A model generated the notes under the pieces. That model ran no database searches. It saw only the letters and a program-made list of their open reading frames with translations, and was not told the DNA's origin. This document shows positions 56,495 to 64,000 of a stretch of DNA of 64,000 nt, one piece after another. The first letter of the stretch is position 1. Each line of letters begins with the position of its first letter. The DNA comes from Candidatus Methanophagaceae archaeon. GTDB taxonomy: Archaea > Halobacteriota > Syntropharchaeia > Alkanophagales > Methanospirareceae. Position numbers and translations under genes: made by a program. The stretch lies in the NCBI GenBank assembly GCA_003194435.1, contig PQXC01000006.1, positions 3,981-67,980 on the forward strand. The letters are read 5' to 3'.

Positions 56495-59400
56495 CTACCA
56501 GGCGACGTGTCCCCAGTTCGCACCGATGATTACCGCATCCAGGATGTTTATCACGCAATCGTTGTTCAGGTCCGCTCCATCCTGCTGCTCACGGTCTCCA
56601 GTCCAGTAATAACAACATCGTCCAGGTTCTGGATATCCTGGGTCATCACACCTCTTGCCCCAGTGTTTTCCTACCCATACTGCATCGAGGATGTTCACCC
56701 TGCCATCTCCATTCGCATCTCCTGCGATGTAAACAGTTACATCCAGGAAGCTCGAGTTGGTCTCCTCCGGGCATCCGTCGTCTGTCAGTGTTAAGGTGGC
56801 ATTGAATGGCACGTAGTGTCCACCTTCATTATATGGAACGCCCCATGGCTCCCACTGCCATGACTCATACTTATGCTCTTTCTGGCAGCCCTCGCATTCT
56901 GCTCCTGTGCAGTTCTCAATAAACTCGCCTTCGCTCGTTCCGTATTGACCGTCACCGAAGTCCCATCTGACATAAGAGATATTGCCGCCTTTGCCCTCAT
57001 CCGGGTCATAAGACTTGCAAGCGCATAGTTTTGTAATGCACGGATATTTCTTTGCCACGTTGTTCACACGATGCTTTGAGGTTGGAATTGGAACTGGTGG
57101 TCTGTTGTCATTTATCTTGACTGTGCCATCTTCGACACAGACATTGCATACCTCTTGCTTATCTTCGTCAACAATGATTATGTCAAGATCAAGCAGGTCT
57201 AACGGACTTACTGCGCCACGTGCACCGATTGCGGTAAACTGAATGGTTGCGACTGTGCCTTCTCCTTTTACACCGCCATCAACCTTTCTCGTCTCAGCAT
57301 AAGAAACTTTGCCGTTCGCCTGGTCTATGTCGTTTATGACCACGATTGTATCGCTGTAATTACCGAGGAAAGGACCTTTGTTCTGCGTCTCCGCTCTTAC
57401 CACGCTCGTGTTATACGTCAAGTAATACTCGACACCATATATTGGCCAGCCGGAAGAAACGTTTATCATTACATCGAACTGGTCCTGAGGCTGGACAATC
57501 GTTGCGTTGGGTTCAACGCTTATCGTCGCAGTGCATTTCGTATCCTTCTCAACAATCAGGATTGCATTGGTCGCCATGAAGCCGTTGCCATAGGGTCTGC
57601 CGTATGCCCAATAGTACGAGTCCCTCTCCTGGAACTCCGCCACCTCTGGATTGCATGGGTCATTCGCCTGTAGTTCACTTGTTACATTCCACGAATCTGT
57701 GCCTATCTCATAATTGGGTGCCGTAGGCCACACTGGTGACTTACTCGCGCCGTTGAAATAAAGGGTTTCTTCTTTGGATTCTGGTGGTTTATACGGTGGT
57801 TCTGGATTTGCGTATAGCGTGGCAGTGAACAGTGTAGCGTTCATTATCTCTTCTGGTGGATTGTCTATACATGGGAATGTTGCAGTCGTGGTTGCATTAT
57901 CAGGGTGGACATAGTACTGCCAGTAGTGACCTCCTGAGTCCTTGTAGTAGAAGGTAGCAAGATAATCAGCTCCTTCATCTATGTAGTATTCGATGTGCGG
58001 CACGCTTGGATCCTCGTACACGATCAGCAGAGCCATTCCAGCAGTTTTTCCTTTTCCCCATGCGTATGGGATAGTCCTATTTGCAGTGTAAACCCCCGCT
58101 CCCGGGTTCACATACTCTGTCACATCGAACGCGAGCATTCCGTTTTGATATTCGTCCATTGTGGTAAATCCTTTCGTATCTGCATAAGAAGCGTCTACCG
58201 AAATTGGATTGCCGTTAAATGTCATCCCAAAGTCAGGTACTGCACCATAGTCCTTCCACTTGTACCAATCGTAGTACACGTACAGCCTTGCCAGCTTTAT
58301 AGTTGCAGTATCCGGAATGTTTGCCGTAGTATTGGTAATCCTGTTGAGGTCTCCTGGAAGAGTAAAGTGCACTGTGTCGTTGCCGCGTTTGTAGTCTCCT
58401 GTTGTGTAGATGAGACTTCTGTTGCATGCACCTTTTATCACTGTATCCATTGGGTGCTGTCCTTGATACCCGTAGCATGTATGCGGCAGCATATCGTCAA
58501 CTATGCAATCTCCTGTTGTGTTCCTAGTCTCATTCCTCATGTTGTTAGTCTCGTCCATCTCGTCAATGTCATCATCACAGTCTGCGGTTGCAGTCAGTGT
58601 GACGTTCTCTAACACCGTAGGATGCCACCAACCCATTCTCACCTCTACTTCTTCGCCTTTTGCTATTGGGAGACTGGTTGTATTCTTTGCGATAAAGCCA
58701 CCGCCACCCGTTATACTTAAGCTCGTATTACCCGTAAAACCATCGTTTTGACCTACGTTCTTTACCCAGACGGTCATCATGTTATGCTTGGATTCAAATA
58801 CATACCTGGGGTCTATTCGAGTCACTATCAAGTCCGGAGCACCCACAATTACAGATGCTTCGTCTTCATCAGAAACCACGACTCCCGTTTCCTCGCATAT
58901 CCCCGTTGCATTCTGAACATTGCAATCCCTGCCAGTATCTACGATTGTGGCATTGAATATGAGGGTTATAGTGTTGCATGGCGGAAGAGGACCTGCGAAG
59001 TTCCATCTGACACTTCTGTTGTCGGGGCTTACATAATTCGGAGCAGGACCTGCTACCATTCCACTGAAGTTCAAGCCTGTCATGTTGTCCCAGATAACGA
59101 GATTAGTAAGGTTGCAGCATTTTACATGGACTGTTGTCTTAAAGGTCACGTTGGTGCCTATTTCAGTTATATCTTTGCTAATCTCTTTTACCCATGCCCC
59201 TGTTTCGTTCTTCACATACTTGGTAACTTCAATGGGGTTGCCGCAGGTGAACGTTCCGTTGTCTACTCCAAATGGTACTGGACCACTGACATTATACAGA
59301 CTCATTGTTCCTACATCGAAGAGCAGGTTGCTTACGCAGCAGCCATCGGTGTCGCAGCAGTGAACTGTGAAGTCGCCGAGATGGTAAACACCCGCTGGTT

Positions 59401-59791
59401 GGTTAGTGGGAACAGGTGGAGAACCTGACCAATGAGCGAATATGACTGTCAACCGCCCCGGAGTCTGCGCAACGGGAGCCCACGATTGGTCCTCAAAGTG
59501 TGTAAGGTCTGGTGTGTAACTGGTTATATTCGCACAGCAATGGGTATATGTAATGTTTACAACACCATTCTGTATGGGAACATCAGATTTAACCCACACC
59601 CCTACAGTTGTCGTGTTGCAGTAGTCTGGCACAGTGCTATTGTCCGGCTCCAGGTAATATATGGCATCTTTTCCTGTAGGCACTGGAGGCTGTGCAATTG
59701 AGGCAGGTGCAATCATTGCAAAGATGGAACCGAGCATTATCGCTGCCATCGCCATTCCCATCGCTATCTTACCGCTTTTCTTATTTTCCAT
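56495..59791 (-). CDS. Large secreted surface protein: N-terminal beta-rich region + CARDB-like + cohesin + PKD-like + C-terminal double dockerin
   Basis: Start set at the ATG preceded by AGGAGGTGA (MENKKSGKIAMGMAMAAIMLG signal). Cohesin FDVMINVSSGWPIYGVEYYLTYNTSVV. Dockerin GDANGDGRVNILDAVWVGKHWG...ADLNNDCVINILDAVIIGANWGHVAW. Confidence 0.8.
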   Translation of the reverse strand: MENKKSGKIAMGMAMAAIMLGSIFAMIAPASIAQPPVPTGKDAIYYLEPDNSTVPDYCNTTTVGVWVKSDVPIQNGVVNITYTHCCANITSYTPDLTHFEDQSWAPVAQTPGRLTVIFAHWSGSPPVPTNQPAGVYHLGDFTVHCCDTDGCCVSNLLFDVGTMSLYNVSGPVPFGVDNGTFTCGNPIEVTKYVKNETGAWVKEISKDITEIGTNVTFKTTVHVKCCNLTNLVIWDNMTGLNFSGMVAGPAPNYVSPDNRSVRWNFAGPLPPCNTITLIFNATIVDTGRDCNVQNATGICEETGVVVSDEDEASVIVGAPDLIVTRIDPRYVFESKHNMMTVWVKNVGQNDGFTGNTSLSITGGGGFIAKNTTSLPIAKGEEVEVRMGWWHPTVLENVTLTATADCDDDIDEMDETNNMRNETRNTTGDCIVDDMLPHTCYGYQGQHPMDTVIKGACNRSLIYTTGDYKRGNDTVHFTLPGDLNRITNTTANIPDTATIKLARLYVYYDWYKWKDYGAVPDFGMTFNGNPISVDASYADTKGFTTMDEYQNGMLAFDVTEYVNPGAGVYTANRTIPYAWGKGKTAGMALLIVYEDPSVPHIEYYIDEGADYLATFYYKDSGGHYWQYYVHPDNATTTATFPCIDNPPEEIMNATLFTATLYANPEPPYKPPESKEETLYFNGASKSPVWPTAPNYEIGTDSWNVTSELQANDPCNPEVAEFQERDSYYWAYGRPYGNGFMATNAILIVEKDTKCTATISVEPNATIVQPQDQFDVMINVSSGWPIYGVEYYLTYNTSVVRAETQNKGPFLGNYSDTIVVINDIDQANGKVSYAETRKVDGGVKGEGTVATIQFTAIGARGAVSPLDLLDLDIIIVDEDKQEVCNVCVEDGTVKINDNRPPVPIPTSKHRVNNVAKKYPCITKLCACKSYDPDEGKGGNISYVRWDFGDGQYGTSEGEFIENCTGAECEGCQKEHKYESWQWEPWGVPYNEGGHYVPFNATLTLTDDGCPEETNSSFLDVTVYIAGDANGDGRVNILDAVWVGKHWGKRCDDPGYPEPGRCCYYWTGDREQQDGADLNNDCVINILDAVIIGANWGHVAW

Positions 59792-60033
59792 TTTTTCTTT
59801 TTCACCTCCTAAGGGGTTATTTATATAGCGCCCCTCCTTGCGCTTTCTTTTTTCTTTCAGCCCCCTCATGGATTTGCACCATGTCAAACGCTTTGCAAGG
59901 GGGCATCCATTTTCTCTCATTTCCTCTCCCGCTTTTCATTTTCTTTTCCCATTTCCTACTTTCTCTGTTCTTCCACTTTCATCTTCTAAAAAGAAATAGG
60001 CAGCTTTGCGCTGCCTGACATTATTTTTCATTA

Positions 60034-60627
60034 TTAGCAACAGTTCAGTGTCCAACCCGGAGCTCCGACTATGTAAGCACGAAGTGTTACGTAATCCATA
60101 GAATCTATTTTTCCATTGCAGTCAACGTCTGCCGCCCATTCACTGGTTATTGTCCAACCTGGTGCCCCAACCACGTAAGCACGAAGTGTTACGTAATCCA
60201 TAGAATCTACTTTTTCATTGCCATCTACATCACCGCATATCCCTACTTGTGGAACGGGTATCGTAAGATTCTGCTCGAACAACCCGCCGTCGGTCATGTT
60301 CTGTGATGTGACCGTAATCGTGCGGTTAGTTGAATTGCCATTATCGCTTGCACTGAAGTACAGCACATCGCCCTCGCTAACGTCACACGACGAAGTTATA
60401 ACCTGATAGTAGTTAGAAGATGCATTCGTCTCCACCGTATAATTCTCACTGGTGTTGAGGTTCGTTATGTTCACATTCGGACCGAGCACTGCGGTTCCAT
60501 TGCTGTATTTCACCCAGCCGTATGCATGGAACGGAGTTGGCGGTTCTGTCGCTGTTGCTACCATCGCTGTTGCTGTGAACATCACTAAAACAGCCAGTAC
60601 CAAAATTATGCTTTTTACCTTTCCCAT
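60034..60627 (-). CDS. Small secreted protein: NITNLNTSE/NYYQ module + Cys-terminated double dockerin-like module (…GWTLNCC)
   Basis: Signal peptide. NVNITNLNTSENYTVETNASSNYYQV. C-terminal 190 bp near-identical to the 3' end of 55025..55813. Confidence 0.7.
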   Translation of the reverse strand: MGKVKSIILVLAVLVMFTATAMVATATEPPTPFHAYGWVKYSNGTAVLGPNVNITNLNTSENYTVETNASSNYYQVITSSCDVSEGDVLYFSASDNGNSTNRTITVTSQNMTDGGLFEQNLTIPVPQVGICGDVDGNEKVDSMDYVTLRAYVVGAPGWTITSEWAADVDCNGKIDSMDYVTLRAYIVGAPGWTLNCC

Positions 60628-60679
60628 CTTATTATATCATCACCTCCTTCTTGTTCTTGTTCTTCCTTTATACGCTTTT

Positions 60680-60772
60680 TTTAGCTTCTCATTCCCCAAA
60701 AAAATAAAAAAGGGGAAAAAATTTTACATTTTTTCTTTTAGCCCCAGATTTTCTTTTTTCCTGTGAAGTGTG
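60680..60772 (-). terminator. Conserved 3' element downstream of a dockerin-like gene
   Basis: ccccaaaaaaataaaaaaggggaaaaaatttt family. Confidence 0.3.
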
Positions 60773-61786
60773 TTAGCAGCTCGCGGTCAGCGTTTCAGCG
60801 CTCTTCATGCTTATGAAGTAGCCCTCGCCTCGCTCCATCGTATCGAAGTCATTAAACCCATTTGGCGCAACAGGGTTATAGACCTCAAATTTCTGTGCGG
60901 TGGCGTTCCACCTCGCGACATACCAGTAGTCGCCAGCAATTGAAGGCAACGCATCGTCTATCGGCTTGGAGCAGTTCAGCCAGCCTATCATGTTCAAGCC
61001 CGGCTCCAGCGAAACGTTCATCTGCTTGTATGCCATGCCGGTGTATGTCCACGTGTCAGCGGATGTCATGTGGATAAAGTATCCAACGCCGTTCTCCATC
61101 GTATCTGAGGAACTCAGTGGTACGAAGTTGTGTGCGGAAGCATCGTATTTGTAGAGTGCATCGTATGAGCCGCTCAATGATGCATCTATTATGTTCGCTA
61201 CCGTCATGTCAGTATCGTTGGTCAAAGGCAGTGAAATCAGGTTCCAGCCCTCAACGAGGTCTTTGGTGAATGTCTCTGGTGTTGGGCACGGGCAATTGAA
61301 GGTGCCGTCTATCCACACTTGATTTGGAACGCTATTCCCATATTCGTCATACAATTTTGCTGCTGGAAAGTCGGCGTGGTTTAATGCGCCCGTTCCAGGA
61401 CCGATTGCCTCCAGTGTGACGTTGGCAAGGATCAAGTGTCCAGTGTGATCGTGGAAATCAGGACTGTCACCGCCGAATCTTATGAAATTTTCCTCGTAGT
61501 AAGGTATGACCATCCAATAACTGGTATAAAAACCGGGTTGGACATCGGTTATATTAACTACATTTGGATCGAAGTATAGGTCATCCTGAAAACCCTCAAC
61601 ACCATCGGTCGCATTAACCCACATTGTCACCGTGATTGTCTCGCCGGGTGCTGCGCAGCTGGGGTCCGGATCGAAGTACACCACATTGTCTGCCGTCGCA
61701 GATGTCGTAAGCACTACTAATACTGCCAGCGCTATTCCTATTCCGAATGCTATTCTTCCCGTTTTGTTCATTTTTTTCTTTTTCAC
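60773..61786 (-). CDS. Secreted protein with N-terminal cohesin-like domain and C-terminal unknown beta-rich domain
   Basis: Signal peptide. ITVTMWVNATDGVEGFQDDLYFDPNVVNITDV is a cohesin-like pattern. Confidence 0.65.
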   Translation of the reverse strand: MKKKKMNKTGRIAFGIGIALAVLVVLTTSATADNVVYFDPDPSCAAPGETITVTMWVNATDGVEGFQDDLYFDPNVVNITDVQPGFYTSYWMVIPYYEENFIRFGGDSPDFHDHTGHLILANVTLEAIGPGTGALNHADFPAAKLYDEYGNSVPNQVWIDGTFNCPCPTPETFTKDLVEGWNLISLPLTNDTDMTVANIIDASLSGSYDALYKYDASAHNFVPLSSSDTMENGVGYFIHMTSADTWTYTGMAYKQMNVSLEPGLNMIGWLNCSKPIDDALPSIAGDYWYVARWNATAQKFEVYNPVAPNGFNDFDTMERGEGYFISMKSAETLTASC

Positions 61787-61929
61787 CTCCTAAGCAACTT
61801 TTTACCTTCGTAAAAAAGCTTGACTTAAAAACTTTTCTTCTCCCATTCTTTCTGTTTTACCTACTTTTCCTTAGAGCCTATTTTTTCATCTCTTTTTAGT
61901 TTCTATTTCCACCCTCTGTCTTTTTATTT

Positions 61930-61993
61930 GCCCCCGAAAAATAAAAAGGGCAAAAACCCAAATTTTTTATTTTGTTCTCGTTCAAGGTTGTTG
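61930..61993 (-). terminator. Conserved 3' element downstream of a dockerin-like gene
   Basis: cccccgaaaaataaaaagggcaaaaacccaaatttttt. Confidence 0.3.
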
Positions 61994-64000
61994 TTAACAA
62001 TCTTTGCAACAGTTCAGCGGGTATCCAAAGCCCCAATGATTTCTTATCGCCGATGCATCTGCCCTGTCCACAAAGCCATCACAGTAATTCACATCTGCTG
62101 CCCACAGGTTGCAAATTGCGTATCCAAAGCCCCAATGGTTTCTTACCGCCGCGGCATCTCCTCTATCAACAGAGCCATCACGATTCACATCCCCACATAG
62201 CCGCCACTGCACGACCAGCGGATAGTTGTCTGCTGCCCCCGCTCCACCATCAAGTGCATAAGGAGCATCCGCAATCCCATCACCGTTTGAATCGGGTGCC
62301 GTCCACTTATCCCAGTAGTTGCCCGTGTAGTTCGTGTAGGTTCCACCGTTGTAGCAGTAACTAACTTGCGTGGAAGTGCTCCAGTGGTTGGTCCCGCGGT
62401 TGTCGTATGCCTGCACTCCACCGCCGTTATTGTTTGTAAGGTCATTCCAGTACACATAGTTCCCTGAACTGTTATACAGCTTTATCCCGTAGTTGCCGTT
62501 GTTCTCTATCGTGTTGTTGTATATCACGCTGTCGTTACCATACACGTACACGCCATATATCATATTGTTCCGGGCGAGATTACCCTTTACGGTGCAGTTG
62601 AAGCCTATCAGCTCGATGCCGTATCTGTTATTATATAACGTATTGCACGTCACGTTGATGAATTTCGTCTCTTCAGGGAAGTCTACTTTTCCCACTTCTA
62701 TACCGTATGAGGTTATTGGACGTTCTGTATGGTTACTTATGGTGTTGTTCGTTATATCAATGTGCGTTGATTTTACTACGCTTATCCCTATATCTGAGTT
62801 GTTATATACCGCGCTATTCGTGACCTTTCCGTTAGTGACGTTTTCCATGCATATACCGCTGAAGTAATCGATAAATTTACTATCGTTGTAGCCACAGTGA
62901 TGAACTGTGCACTTGTTGATCACGAAAGGAACAGTTGTGTTCTCTATGGTGATGCCAGCACCTCCACAGTTCGTTATCGTCAGGTCTTCTATGTAGTAAG
63001 TATCGCCCACTTTCGTGGCAAGACCCTCGTTTTCGAGATCGTTAAAGTCGCTGTTGCTCCTCACCACAATCACATACCCCACTTGATGGAACTCTGATTT
63101 TGCATTGCTCTCATCTGACTCACCCACGTTGTCGTCGCAGTCTGCAACCACGGTGAAGTTGTGGCAATCCTCCCCAAGGTTCACATTCGTAAAGCTCACG
63201 GTTGTGCTTTTACCTGCGTCCAGTGGTCCAACACCTGTCACTTTATCATGGAAGCTACCGTCAATCCATAAACTCACATTGAACGCCACTCCTGTCCCTG
63301 CATTGCCCTGATTGAGAATCGTTGCATTTACCGTGAAGTTCTGGTGTGGTCTCGGTGTTTCTGGCTGGAACTCGATGTCAGAGACCACAAGGTCAGGATT
63401 TCCTCCCGAGACTTCTTCTGCAAGCATCGCAGCCCATACGAAGAAACCCTCATAACCACCTCCACACCCACTACAATCATTCCACCAGGTCAAGTTTTGC
63501 GACATGCCACTGTTTATGTTACTTACGGATTTTTGCCACACATCGAACCAGCCATCAGCACAGCCATCAAAAACTTTCGCACCATTGAAGAATAACTTCG
63601 CATACTCGTGGTGGGACTGAGCAGCCCATACAGTGTGGTTCGCGTTCGTATTTATAGAACCATTGAACCAGGTGGTATACGAGGCAACACAATCCTCCTC
63701 TTTCCATAAACCCTGGTTCAGCCACCAGCGTCCATTATGTGTCGCAGGTTCGGTAGTATTGTCAACAACGATGTCCACGAACTTCCACATGCAGTCACAG
63801 TTGGTAATACCACTTAACGTGTTGATGCCCGGAGTTGCATTCACCGTCCAATAATTATGGCTGGTTCCGAAACCGCATTCCCAGTGTCCGTAAGTATCAG
63901 TTTGTGTATTCATGGGAATCGTTATTTGCTGCTGCTGACCCTGAGAATTGGTAAAGGTTGCGGAGCTATCTCCGCTCTGCATCCAGCAATGCCAGTGCAC
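61994..64000 (-). CDS. Secreted right-handed parallel beta-helix (NosD/PbH1-like) + CARDB + Cys-rich dockerin-like C-terminus protein, N-terminus beyond window end
   Basis: PbH1 repeats (NNTISNHTE..., YNNRYGIELIG, NNMIYGVYVYGNDSVIYNNTIENNGNYGIKLYNSSGN). CARDB DLVVSDIEFQPETPRPHQNFTVNATILNQG. C-terminal GDVNRDGSVDRGD...NCCKDC. No start within the window. Confidence 0.75.
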   Translation of the reverse strand: MHWHCWMQSGDSSATFTNSQGQQQQITIPMNTQTDTYGHWECGFGTSHNYWTVNATPGINTLSGITNCDCMWKFVDIVVDNTTEPATHNGRWWLNQGLWKEEDCVASYTTWFNGSINTNANHTVWAAQSHHEYAKLFFNGAKVFDGCADGWFDVWQKSVSNINSGMSQNLTWWNDCSGCGGGYEGFFVWAAMLAEEVSGGNPDLVVSDIEFQPETPRPHQNFTVNATILNQGNAGTGVAFNVSLWIDGSFHDKVTGVGPLDAGKSTTVSFTNVNLGEDCHNFTVVADCDDNVGESDESNAKSEFHQVGYVIVVRSNSDFNDLENEGLATKVGDTYYIEDLTITNCGGAGITIENTTVPFVINKCTVHHCGYNDSKFIDYFSGICMENVTNGKVTNSAVYNNSDIGISVVKSTHIDITNNTISNHTERPITSYGIEVGKVDFPEETKFINVTCNTLYNNRYGIELIGFNCTVKGNLARNNMIYGVYVYGNDSVIYNNTIENNGNYGIKLYNSSGNYVYWNDLTNNNGGGVQAYDNRGTNHWSTSTQVSYCYNGGTYTNYTGNYWDKWTAPDSNGDGIADAPYALDGGAGAADNYPLVVQWRLCGDVNRDGSVDRGDAAAVRNHWGFGYAICNLWAADVNYCDGFVDRADASAIRNHWGFGYPLNCCKDC

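Noticed and set aside
1-64000. Integron integrase or other tyrosine recombinase associated with the structured repeats
   Set aside because: No intI/xer-like ORF could be recognised in the window. The cassette hypothesis therefore rests on the repeats alone.

Overview
Archaeal chromosomal segment, probably from a Methanosarcinales / ANME-2-like methanotroph-methanogen (inference from the gene set: thermosome, MCM, aIF5B, S6e, CofH, CbiD, RamA/RACo-like corrinoid activator, PGF-CTERM proteins, many cohesin/dockerin modules). Three parts. (1) 1-24.7 kb is a housekeeping core: GH15 glycosidase, radical SAM, RACo, Hsp20-DnaK-thermosome, tRNA-Thr, ThiDN, DapF, UbiX, CbiA, tRNA-Trp, DnaJ, aIF5B, S6e, class V aminotransferase, PyrI, HisB. 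It is interrupted at 2.2-7.2 kb by an accessory islet with IS remnants, duplicated segments and an OLD-family ATPase/TOPRIM nuclease. (2) 24.7-33.1 kb is a second, decaying accessory island: frameshifted PIN toxin, an unknown 452-aa protein, a 5'-truncated AlkD-like gene, an intact IS3-family element with 3-bp TSD, an SPL-like radical SAM, a truncated CPBP protease and a kinase-like protein. Both islands are punctuated and bounded by a family of about 95-bp structured repeats (conserved core AGGCAYGGCGTATAAC plus an internal 11-bp inverted repeat) that occur in inverted pairs around single-gene cassettes. This looks like a recombination-site (attC- or dif-module-like) cassette system and is the most unusual thing in the window. 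(3) After CofH, a PurM-like protein, HAD hydrolase, MCM, DUF35 and CbiD, the last 24 kb (40-64 kb) is a dense one-strand cluster of secreted cohesin- and/or dockerin-bearing surface proteins. It includes a cohesin-rhodanese-PGF-CTERM fusion, a 1643-aa beta-propeller/11x cadherin-like-repeat/cohesin/dockerin giant, and many near-identical paralogous segments. No CRISPR array and no rRNA were found. Starts were adjusted where the ORF track began on TTG or well upstream of an SD-ATG.
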